From Streptomyces sp. enrichment culture (lineage in GTDB: Bacteria; Actinomycetota; Actinomycetes; Streptomycetales; Streptomycetaceae): a stretch of DNA of 64,000 nucleotides. Position numbers and translations under genes: made by a program. A model generated the notes under the pieces. The model had not been told where the DNA came from. It ran no database searches and saw nothing but the letters and a program-made list of their open reading frames with translations. The stretch is taken from positions 60,034 to 124,033 of the forward strand of contig NZ_OZ186833.1 in assembly GCF_964272895.1 (NCBI RefSeq), in the 5' to 3' direction. Shown here in pieces: positions 1-11,925 of the stretch; position 1 is the first letter of the stretch; the number at the start of each line of letters is the position of its first letter.

Positions 1-1277
1 ACGGTGGGTGCCGAAGAGCTCCGCCGCCCTGGCCCGCCGGACCTCTCCGACCTCCGACGGCTCGAAGTAGTGGGCGAACGCCGTCGAGCGGCGCTCCGGC
101 GGCACATGCGGGCCGAGGCCGATCGCGGCCTCCGTCATGACCCGGTGGTGGAACCAGGCGGCCAGGCCCCAGTCGACGTTCCGCTTGCCGACCGGCCGCC
201 GCTCGGCCTCGTAGGTGTCCAGCAGGCCGTCGTCGGCGCGTCCGGAGAGCACCGCGGCCAGCTTCCAGGCGAGGTTGTGCACGTCCTGGATGCCGCCGTT
301 GAGACCGAGCCCGGTGGTGGGCGGCTGGCGGTGGGCGGCGTCGCCCACGATGAACACCCGCCCGACCCGGTAACGGTCGGCGAGGACGCCCTCGACGGTC
401 CACCGGGACACCTTGTGCACCGTCAGATCGAGGTCGGGCAGGCCCAGCACCTCACGCATGCGCTCGGCGACCGCCGCGTCGTCGGAGAGGTCCACGTCAC
501 CGAGGACGAAGGTCAGGCCCCACTCCTCGCACTGCCTGCCCCAGGTCGGCCCCATCTCCAGCAGCGCGGAGTTGAGGTCGGGGCGGTAGGGGTTGACGAA
601 CCAGGTCATCAAGGTGCCGTCGTGCCACCACTGCGACAGATCCGCGGAGAAGTACGCGGTGGTGACGTCGGCCATCTTCACCGTGCCCTGCATCCGCACA
701 CCCAGCTCCGGGCCGAGCGTGCGTCCGCCGTCGGCGGCGATGACGTACTGCGCCACGACCCGGTTGACGTCACCGGTGGTGAGGTCGCGGATCTCGGCGA
801 CGACCCGGTCTCCCTCCTCGGCGAAGGAGACCAGCTCGTGGGAGAAGAGCACGCGGCGGGGTTACGTTCCTCCGCCTTCCGGCGCAGGATCGGCTCCAGC
901 CTCAACTGCGGCAGCTTGAACGGCAGCACCGGGCCGTCGGCCGCGTACACCTCGGTCAGCGCGCCACCGCCGAACGCGTCCATCTCGTGGATCACCCGGC
1001 GGTCCAGGGGACCGTCGCCGGTCAGCGAGGTCTGCCAGCGCACCCGGCCGAACCGGTCGGTGGTGGAAGCCCGCTCCACCACGTCGTCGTAGAGGCCGTG
1101 CTGGCGAAAGACCTCCATCGTGCGTTGGTTGATGTAATGCGCTTTGGGCACGATCGACGTGTCCGTATGGCGCTCCACGAGCATGTGTCCCACACCGTGG
1201 TCCGAGAGAAAGATGGAGGCGGACAGGCCGCAGCCACCGCCGCCCACGATCAGAACCGGAACCTCGGTAACCTCCAT
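1..1277 (-). pseudogene. FAD-dependent aromatic monooxygenase (PheA/TfdB, RdmE-like) with a 1-nt frameshift near 858; runs off the window start
   Basis: N-terminal VLIVGGGGCG Rossmann motif in ORF 678-1277. After ...RRKAEERNP a second frame continues RVLFSHELVSF..VIAADGG..FIVGDAAHRQPPTTGLGLNGGIQDVHNLAWKLA without stops to position 1. Confidence 0.85.
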
Positions 1278-1540
1278 ATTCGGCCTTCCCTAAGGTGAGG
1301 GCCCACAGGTAGGGCGCCAGACGATCATGAAGAGCCTGTCGCCGACGGGCGGGCCGCGGAAACGGTTCAACCGACGTGCCGTCCCGGATACGGCAGTCGA
1401 CGCCACCATGGCGGCGGTCGACGCAGGCATGACGACACACCTCGGCCGATGCTGCGGTCCCAGCATCTGGCTCCGTGGTTGAGGCGCACTATCGAGCCGG
1501 TTGGTGCCGGCTTGGCGGCATCGGCGCACGGCCGCTGACC

Positions 1541-1577
1541 TCGAACAACCTCGAACACCCTCGGCTCGTGTCGAACA
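1541..1577 (+). promoter_or_regulatory. phased heptamer direct repeats TCGAACA in a divergent promoter region
   Basis: TCGAACA at 1541, 1551 and 1571, with TCGGCTC at 1561; 10-nt register. Confidence 0.45.
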
Positions 1578-1633
1578 CCGGACCGTCCGCGATCACCCGT
1601 TCGGGGCGGCCTGGCGAGGAAACGGCCCTCACC

Positions 1634-1660
1634 CGTCACATTCCGCGCGCACCCGCTGTC
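1634..1660 (+). promoter_or_regulatory. ECF41-type promoter motif CGTCACA-N16-TGTC upstream of the SnoaL gene
   Basis: Fits the recalled ECF41 consensus TGTCACA-n16-CGTC; 68 nt upstream of ATG 1728. Confidence 0.5.
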
Positions 1661-1727
1661 GACGTGATGGGCGGTGCCGTTCGTGGCACCGAGTCCCAGG
1701 CACTGCGAAAGAAGAAAGAGGAAAGCG

Positions 1728-2180
1728 ATGAATGACTTCCAGGCCATCGCGGACCGCGTCGAAATCGAGGCACTGCGCGGGGAGTTCACCGACGCCGTGA
1801 TGATGCGCGACTACGACCGCGTGGCGCGGCTCTTCACGGCGGACGGGGCGCTGCGGATGCCGAACATCCCCGTCGAACTGGAGGGCCCGGAGCAGATCCG
1901 CGCCTGGGGCCGGCGCGTACCGACGGTGCTGGACTTCCTCGTGCAGAACACCCACCCCGGCATGATCCGGCTCGACGGCGACACCGCTTCCGGCCGCGCG
2001 TACATGTCGGAGGTCGGGCGCGCCCTGAACGGCCGCTGCGGCATCAACTACGCCATCTATCATGATCGTTACCAGCGCACCGACGACGGCTGGAAGTTCA
2101 CCGAGCGGGTCTACGAGGTCCGCTACGAGGACACCTCACCGCTGACCGGCAATCCGCCGCGCCCGGCCGCGGACGCGTGA
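1728..2180 (+). CDS. SnoaL-like / NTF2-family protein
   Basis: DRVEIEALRGEF..RDYD..LFT.DG; YHDRYQRTDDGWKFTER pattern; purine-rich RBS before ATG 1728. Confidence 0.85.
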   Translation: MNDFQAIADRVEIEALRGEFTDAVMMRDYDRVARLFTADGALRMPNIPVELEGPEQIRAWGRRVPTVLDFLVQNTHPGMIRLDGDTASGRAYMSEVGRALNGRCGINYAIYHDRYQRTDDGWKFTERVYEVRYEDTSPLTGNPPRPAADA

Positions 2181-2400
2181 TCCATCGCACGACGACCTGT
2201 CCCCTCGGCCGCGATCGAGGGGGCCCGACCCTGCCGTGACCAGGAGCGGAACACCAGCCGCGATGCGACGGCGGTAGGAGCCGGCTCCGGTCGATCTTGA
2301 GTCCCGCTCCAGGCTGTCGAAAGCGGAGTGCAGAAGTCTGGGCGGGAGACCAGTAGCTGTTCGTCGCGTTACTTCGCGACATCTCTCGGGGGGAGATTGC

Positions 2401-3933
2401 ATGATCCAGCGCAGAACCGTCCTCAAGTCCGGGGCGGCTCTCACCGGCGCTCTGGGGGGCGCGGGCCTGCTGGTGCCCGCCGTGTCGGACGCGGCGCCCT
2501 CGTCAACGGCCGCGACGACCGTGACGGACCTCGACCCGACCACCATCCCGAAGTTCCAGCAGGCCATGCCGGTGCCCCAGGTGGTACAGCCGGCCTGGTC
2601 GTCCACCACCACCAGCTGCTACCCGATGACGATCGAAGAGGTGGACGCGCAGGTCATACCCGGGTACACGACACGGGTGTACGGCTTCAACGGCAGATGG
2701 CCGGGGCCGGTCATCAAGGAGACCGCCGGGCGCCGCGCGCTGGTCAGGCAGTACAACCTCCTGAACGTGCCGACCTCGATCCACCTGCACGGCGCCCATG
2801 TGCCCGAGAGCAGCGACGGCGGACCGATGGACCTCATCGAGTCGGGCGGCGCGAAGACGTACACGTACCCCAACAGCCAGCCGCACGCGAACCTGTGGTT
2901 CCACGACCACGCCCACCACCAGGAGTCGGAGACCGTCTACCGCGGCCTGACCGGGTTCTACCTGCTGACGGACTCCGTCGAGCAGCAGCTGAACCTGCCC
3001 TCGGGCGCGTACGACGTGCCCATCGCCATCCGCGACGCCCGCTTCGACAGCAACGGCCAGTTCATCTACCAGATGGGTGACCTCCGCCAGCGCACGGTGG
3101 TCCTCGCCAACGGCAAGGCGTGGCCCTACTTCAACGTCGCGGCCCGCAAGTACCGCTTCCGGCTGTACAACACCGCCAACCTCCGCTTCTTCACGCTGAA
3201 GCTGTCGGACGGCTCGGCCTTCCAGCAGATCGGCTCCGACGGGGGGCTGCTGGAGAAGCCGATCGAGGTCACCTCGGTGGCGCTGTCCCCCGGCGAGCGG
3301 GCCGACGTCGTCATCGACTTCTCCAAGTACCCGGCGGGCACGCAGCTGACGCTCCTCAACACGGCGACGATGGTCGCCGAGGACCCGGTGGCGCTGATCG
3401 GGAACGTCCTGCAGTTCCGGGTGGGCAACCCCGTCAGCGACACCAGCACGGTGCCGGCGACGCTGCGCACGCTGCCGCCGCTGGGCACGCCCACGGTCAG
3501 CCGCGAGTTCGTGCTGAGCATGGACGCGACCAACACCATGGGCTCGGCCCTGATCAACGGCAAGGCGTACGACCACAACCGCATCGACACCGAGATCGCC
3601 TACGGGGCCACGGAGATCTGGTCCGTGCGCAACGCCAACCTCCGGATGCCGCACAACTTCCACATGCACCTCGTGCAGTTCCGGGTCGTGGAACGCAACG
3701 GGCAGCCGGTCACGTCCGGCCCGGAGAGCGGCCTGAAGGACACGGTGGCCATCGCCCCCGGCGAGACGGTCAAGGTGCAGGCGACCTTCACCGGCTACGA
3801 GGGAACGTACGTCTACCACTGCCACATGTTCGACCACGCGGCGATGGGCATGATGGCGAACCTCCGGGTCAGCAAGTCCACCATCAGCGGTTCCACCGCC
3901 ACTCGACGGACGGGTGGCCGCTCCCTCAGATGA
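2401..3933 (+). CDS. Tat-exported three-domain multicopper oxidase (CotA/bilirubin oxidase/phenoxazinone synthase-like)
   Basis: IQRRTVLK twin-arginine signal; Cu ligands HLHG, WFHDH, HNFHMH, HCHMFDHAAMGM. Confidence 0.92.
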   Translation: MIQRRTVLKSGAALTGALGGAGLLVPAVSDAAPSSTAATTVTDLDPTTIPKFQQAMPVPQVVQPAWSSTTTSCYPMTIEEVDAQVIPGYTTRVYGFNGRWPGPVIKETAGRRALVRQYNLLNVPTSIHLHGAHVPESSDGGPMDLIESGGAKTYTYPNSQPHANLWFHDHAHHQESETVYRGLTGFYLLTDSVEQQLNLPSGAYDVPIAIRDARFDSNGQFIYQMGDLRQRTVVLANGKAWPYFNVAARKYRFRLYNTANLRFFTLKLSDGSAFQQIGSDGGLLEKPIEVTSVALSPGERADVVIDFSKYPAGTQLTLLNTATMVAEDPVALIGNVLQFRVGNPVSDTSTVPATLRTLPPLGTPTVSREFVLSMDATNTMGSALINGKAYDHNRIDTEIAYGATEIWSVRNANLRMPHNFHMHLVQFRVVERNGQPVTSGPESGLKDTVAIAPGETVKVQATFTGYEGTYVYHCHMFDHAAMGMMANLRVSKSTISGSTATRRTGGRSLR

Positions 3934-3976
3934 GAGCGGGACGGCCGGCGGACTCCGGCTGAAGAACCCCTTGAGG

Positions 3977-4021
3977 ACGGGTCGACGCAGCGACGGCACA
4001 AGCGGTCGCTCGTCGGCCCGT
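3977..4021 (+). terminator. imperfect stem-loop downstream of the multicopper oxidase
   Basis: ACGGGTCGACGCAGCGAC pairs with GTCGCTCGTCGGCCCGT around a 10-nt loop. Confidence 0.45.
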
Positions 4022-4084
4022 TCGGCCGTGAACGGCCTGCGGGGAGCGGGCGGACGGGCCGCCCGACCTGCGTCCCGTGACACA

Positions 4085-4154
4085 GGTCACCCGGACGGGA
4101 TATTGGCCTGCCGATGTCGCCCATGTCACTCTTACGGCACGCCTCCCCTGCCCA
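4085..4154 (+). promoter_or_regulatory. shared upstream motif, copy 1 (GGTCAC-N33-TGTCAC-N18-CTGCCCA), before adoK-metH-metF
   Basis: GGTCAC 4085, TGTCAC 4124, CTGCCCA 4148; same spacing as the copies at 17.7 kb and 43.2 kb. Confidence 0.65.
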
Positions 4155-4323
4155 GATCCCTTGCGGCACGGGCGAGTTGAACTCTGCTCCGGCCGCGGGC
4201 CGCATCGCCGCCCGCCGAGCCCCCGCTGAACCCCGCTCCGCCCCGAGGATCACCTCCGTGTGACGCCCGCAGGCGGAGCTTTTTCCGTTTCTGACACCGG
4301 CACCACGTTCAAGGAGTGCTTGC

Positions 4324-5303
4324 GTGCGTATCGCCGTGGCCGGGTCGATTGCGATCGACCAACTGATGGTGTTTCCCGGAAGCTTCGCCGACCAGCTGAT
4401 CGAAGGGCAGCTGGAGCATGTGTCCCTGTCGTTCCTCGCCGACCAGATGGAAGTGCGCAGAGGCGGGGTCGCCGCCAACATCGCCTTCGGACTCGGCCGA
4501 CTGGGCCTGACACCGTACCTGGTGGGCGCGGCAGGGGCCGACTTCGCCGAGTACGGCGCCTGGCTGCGGGCGGCCGGCGTGGACACGGACGCCGTGCGGA
4601 TCAGCGAGACCCTGCACACCGCCCGCTTCGTGTGCACCACGGACCGGGCGCAGAACCAGATCGCCACCTTCTACGCCGGTGCCATGGCCGAGGCCGCGAA
4701 GATCGACCTGGGTGCCGTGGCCGAACGCACCGGCGGCTTCGATCTCGTCCTCGTCGGCGCCGACGCCCCCGAGGCCATGCTGCGCCATACCGAGGCCGCC
4801 CATCGCGCGGGCATCCTGCTCGCCGCCGACCCCTCCCAGCAGCTCGCCCGCCTCGACGGACCGCAGGCCCGGCGCCTGGTCGACCGGGCACACCTGCTGT
4901 TCACCAACGAGTACGAGGCCGCCCTGCTGCGCGAGCGCACCGGCTGGAGCGAGCGGGACATCCTCGGCCGGGTCGGCACCTGGATCGTCACCCGCGGCGC
5001 CGAGGGCGTGTCGCTGTCGCGCTGCGGACAGCCCCGTACCGACATCCCGGCCGTACCGACGGAGCGCATCGCCGACCCGACCGGTGTCGGTGACGCGTTC
5101 CGGGCCGGGTTCCTCGCCGGCCTCGCCTGGGAGTGGTCCCCCGAGCGCGCGGCACGGCTCGGCTGCGCGCTGGCCTCCGTCGTCCTGGAGTCGGTCGGCA
5201 CACAGGAGTACAAGCTCCTCCCCGCCGACCTCCTGGAACGCCTGGAGCGCGCCTACGGCCGCGAGGCCGCCCTGGAGATCGAGCCACGTCTGGCAGGTGT
5301 GTC

Positions 5304-5307
<4 letters not shown>
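4324..5307 (+). CDS. adoK: adenosine kinase (PfkB family)
   Basis: MRIAVAGSIAID start, GGVAANIA, DPTGVGDAFRAG PfkB signature; coupled to metH. Confidence 0.88.
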
Positions 5308-8755
<3,448 letters not shown>

Positions 8756-8759
<4 letters not shown>

Positions 8760-9628
8760 GGGGGACGACGGGACCGACGCTGTCGTTCGAGTTCTTCCCG
8801 CCGAAGACCGCCAAGGGCGAGGAGAGCCTGTGGCGGGCCATTCGGCGGGTCGAACCGCTGGCGCCCGACTTCGTGTCCGTCACCTACGGCGCCGGCGGCT
8901 CCTCACGGCACCGGACCATCGAGGTGACCAAGCGGATCGTGTCCGAGACGACGCTGCGGCCGGTCGCGCACCTGACCGCGGTCGGGCACTCGGTGGCCGA
9001 GCTGCGGCGGATCATCGGGCAGTACGCCGACGCCGGCGTGCGCGATGTGCTCGTGCTGCGCGGGGACCCGCCCGGTGACCCCAAGGGGCCGTGGGAGCGG
9101 CATCCGCACGGGTTCGACTACGCCTACCAGCTCGTCGAACTGGTGCGGTCGCTGGGCGATTTCACCATTGGGGTCGCCGCGTTCCCGGAGAAGCACCCGC
9201 GCTCGCCCGACTGGGACAGCGACATCCGGCACTTCGTCGCCAAGTGCCGGGCGGGCGCGGACTACGCCATCACACAGATGTTCTTCGACGTGGAGGACTA
9301 TCTGCGGCTGCGCGACCGGGTCGTGGCCGCCGGCTGTGACGTGCCGATCATCCCGGAGATCATGCCGGCCACGGACGTACGCCAGATCCGGCGCTTCGCG
9401 GAGCTCTCCGACGCGGCGTTCCCCGAGGACCTCGCCCACCGTCTGGAGGGCGCCCGCGAGCGGCCCGAGGAGGCGCACGCGATCGGCGTCGAGTACGCCA
9501 CCGCCATGGCGGAGCGGCTGCTCGCCGAGGGCGCGCCCGGACTGCACTACATCACCCTCAACAAGTCCACGGCGGCCCTCGACATCCACCGCAACGTGCT
9601 GGACCGAAGGACCGTCCGCACCGGGTGA
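8756..9628 (+). CDS. metF: 5,10-methylenetetrahydrofolate reductase
   Basis: [31 protein letters not shown] motifs; ATG 8756 overlaps the metH stop. Confidence 0.96.
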
Positions 9629-9648
9629 TCCCGGCCACGCCCGGGCGC

Positions 9649-9675
9649 CGTCACACTTGGCGCGCGAGCACTGTC
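9649..9675 (+). promoter_or_regulatory. ECF41-type promoter motif CGTCACA-N16-TGTC just after metF
   Basis: Identical half-sites and spacing to the motif at 1634-1660. Confidence 0.5.
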
Positions 9676-9679
9676 ATAA

Positions 9680-9800
9680 GGGTGGAGACCGAGGGCACAC
9701 CTGCTCCCCCGTCAGGAAACCCGATCCGGGACCCCTCGGTCTCCACCCCCGAAAACGCGAAAAGTCCCGGCCGCATTCCAGATGCGGCCGGGACTTTTTT
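9680..9800 (+). ncRNA. candidate structured small RNA (or structured metF 3' UTR)
   Basis: Perfect 16-bp stem 9680-9695/9733-9748 enclosing two hairpins (CCTG-CTCCCCCGT-CAGG; CCCG-ATC-CGGG); preceded by a promoter motif and followed by a terminator. Confidence 0.4.
9760..9800. terminator. bidirectional intrinsic terminator between convergent metF and phzA/B
   Basis: 17-bp perfect stem AAAAGTCCCGGCCGCAT/ATGCGGCCGGGACTTTT, 5-nt loop, A- and T-tracts. Confidence 0.9.
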
Positions 9801-9817
9801 CGTGTCCGTCTCGAGGG

Positions 9818-10351
9818 TCAGCTGCTGGGGATCCAGTCCCGCTGGATGCGCGGGGTCTCGATGCTCAGCGAGCGCATGTGCTCGATCGGGTTGGTGTACT
9901 CGCGGCTGGAGACGATACGGCCGTCACTGAGGGTGAAGCCGTGGATGAAGTGGTTGCGGTAGTGGCCGTCGGGATAGCCGGGGAAGCGGATCGTGCCCTC
10001 GCCCTCGCACTCGACCCAGATGACCGCCGGGTCGTGCGTCTCGTAGATCTGCACGTTGAACCACAGCCAGTCCGGGAGCACCTTGAGGGACAGCTCACCG
10101 TGGTGCTTGAGGTTCTCGCGGCCCCTGACGACGATGGGACGGCCGATGTCGGTGTAGAAGAGGGCGGCGCTGCCGTCCTCGGTGTACAGGGTGTAGCGGT
10201 TGAGCCGAGCGTCGGGATCGGTGTCCAGGTACCTCTCCACCGCCTGGCGGTTGCGGGCCCGCAGGTCGTGGTGGTCGGTGAACGGGGACGGCGGCACAGG
10301 GCCTCTCGAGGGGTCGGAGGCCGTCGGGGAGGGAGCGGTAGCGGCAGTCAT
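9818..10351 (-). CDS. phzA: PhzA/B-family phenazine biosynthesis protein (second copy)
   Basis: RARNRQAVERYL, PDW.W.NV.I.ET.DP..IWVECEG.G, NHFIHGF, REYTNP; start may be 10351 or 10360. Confidence 0.9.
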   Translation of the reverse strand: MTAATAPSPTASDPSRGPVPPSPFTDHHDLRARNRQAVERYLDTDPDARLNRYTLYTEDGSAALFYTDIGRPIVVRGRENLKHHGELSLKVLPDWLWFNVQIYETHDPAVIWVECEGEGTIRFPGYPDGHYRNHFIHGFTLSDGRIVSSREYTNPIEHMRSLSIETPRIQRDWIPSS

Positions 10352-10364
10352 GGCGATCACGGCC

Positions 10365-11051
10365 TCACGGCTGGAGACGGCTGATGTGCCAGCCGTCGTC
10401 TGTACGGTCGTAGCGCAGCCGCTCGTGCAGCCGGTCCGTGCCGTTGGCCCAGAACTCCACCGAGGTCGGCTCGATCCGGTACGCCACGAACGTCTCGGGG
10501 CACGGCAGCGGCTGCCCGGTGGCGCCCAGCTCCAGCGCCTTGGCGCGCAGTTCCTCGAACTCGTCGAGGTCCCTGAACGGCTTGCTCTGCCGGGAGGCGG
10601 TGGTCATCGCGTGCGTGTAGACGGCCCGCTTGAACCACAGCGCCTCCGCCTCGGCGCGGGACAGCAGACGCACCGGCCCGGCCAGCGTGATCTGCTGGCT
10701 GGTCTCGCGCCAGTACAGGACCCCGGAGGCCCACGGGTTCTCGGCGAGCTCCCGGCCCTTGCGGCTGTCGGCGTGGGTGATGATGTCGATCCCGGCGGCC
10801 GACACGGCGTTGATCGCCACGATGCGCGAGGACGTGCGGCCCTGGGCATCGGCGGTCGCGAGGGCCAGGGCCCGCGGTTCGCGCACCTCGTTCGCCACGG
10901 CGTCCTGCAGCCACTGCACGAGCAGCCCCATCGGCTCGGCGGGCGGGGTGACGAACTCGGGGAAGTCCACCGCGAGGGTGGCCGTCATCGTCTCGGAACG
11001 GGTGCTGCCGGGGCCGGCGTGCGTCACCTTTCCGTTCGTTGCCTCAGACAT
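10365..11051 (-). CDS. phzG: phenazine FMN-dependent oxidase (PNPOx family)
   Basis: REPRALALATAD, SRKGRELAENPWASGVLYWRETSQQI, RLHERLRY; ATG 11051 overlaps the phzF stop. Confidence 0.93.
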   Translation of the reverse strand: MSEATNGKVTHAGPGSTRSETMTATLAVDFPEFVTPPAEPMGLLVQWLQDAVANEVREPRALALATADAQGRTSSRIVAINAVSAAGIDIITHADSRKGRELAENPWASGVLYWRETSQQITLAGPVRLLSRAEAEALWFKRAVYTHAMTTASRQSKPFRDLDEFEELRAKALELGATGQPLPCPETFVAYRIEPTSVEFWANGTDRLHERLRYDRTDDGWHISRLQP

Positions 11052-11880
11052 GCAGCACTCCTTCCAATGTGACGACACCATGGCCCGAGACCTCCACGGT
11101 CTCGACGTGGTCGCCCTCTCCGTGCACGAGAGCGCCCATGGGAGAGGGACGGCCGATCTCGACGCCCTGGGTGATCTCGATGTGTTCGCCGTAGGCGCCC
11201 AGGCCGTGGCGGGCGATGTGGATGGCGATGGGCCCGGCGGCGGAGCCGGTGGCGGCGTCCTCCACGACTCCGTACGCGGGCGAGAACATGCGGTTGCGCC
11301 ACCGCGTCCCGGACCCGGCGATGCAGTTCGTCGCCATGTCCGGGAAACGGGCCAGCGCACGGTGGTCCGGGTCCAGCTTGGACAGCGCCTCCACGCTCTC
11401 CAGGGTGACCAGGACATGGCGCGGGCCGTTGCGGTAGATCTCGACCGGGAGCGTCGAGGCACCGATGCCGAGCGCTTCGAGGAGTTCGTCCGCGCGGTCG
11501 AACGGCTCCCACACGGGCACCGGCTGGCGCATGCGGGTCGCCACGACCGTGCCGTTCTCCCGCTCCAGCTCGAACGGGATGATCCCCATGGCGGTCTCGA
11601 TCCGCAGCCGGTCCGCGTCCGTGCGCCGGCCCAGCGCGATGGCCGTGCCGAGCAACGGGTGGCCCGCGAAGGGGAGTTCGTTGACCGGGGTGAAGATCCG
11701 CACGTGGTGGTCCGCGCCCTGCTTGGGCTCCAGGACGAACGTGGTCTCCGAGAGGTTCATCTCCCGCGCGATGCGCTGCATCTGCTCGGCGGTCAGGTCG
11801 TCGCTGGCGAAGAACACCGCCACGGGATTGCCGGTGAGCGGCACCCGCGCGAACGCGTCGACGACGACGTACTGGTGCAT
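11044..11880 (-). CDS. phzF: trans-2,3-dihydro-3-hydroxyanthranilate isomerase
   Basis: VDAF..GNPVAV, RIFTPVNELPFAGHP, EDAATGSAAG. Confidence 0.96.
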   Translation of the reverse strand: MHQYVVVDAFARVPLTGNPVAVFFASDDLTAEQMQRIAREMNLSETTFVLEPKQGADHHVRIFTPVNELPFAGHPLLGTAIALGRRTDADRLRIETAMGIIPFELERENGTVVATRMRQPVPVWEPFDRADELLEALGIGASTLPVEIYRNGPRHVLVTLESVEALSKLDPDHRALARFPDMATNCIAGSGTRWRNRMFSPAYGVVEDAATGSAAGPIAIHIARHGLGAYGEHIEITQGVEIGRPSPMGALVHGEGDHVETVEVSGHGVVTLEGVLHV

Positions 11881-11925
11881 CTGTTCTCCCACTTGTCTTG
11901 GTGCTGCGGCCGATGGCCGCACAGG

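Noticed and set aside
4160-4323. SAM-I/SAM-IV riboswitch before adoK-metH
   Set aside because: No AUCxAGA/GAUG core or SAM-IV elements are visible; only a weak 4-bp hairpin before a T-run.
5133-5303. Extended metH N-terminus from the ORF track
   Set aside because: It overlaps adoK; ATG 5304 at the adoK stop gives a canonical N-terminus. Several other track starts were shortened for the same reason.
9680-9750. SAH riboswitch or 6C RNA
   Set aside because: Only loose CCGAG/CAGG/CUCGG resemblance; the GCGC pseudoknot partner, a downstream sahH, and the twin C-rich loops of 6C are absent.
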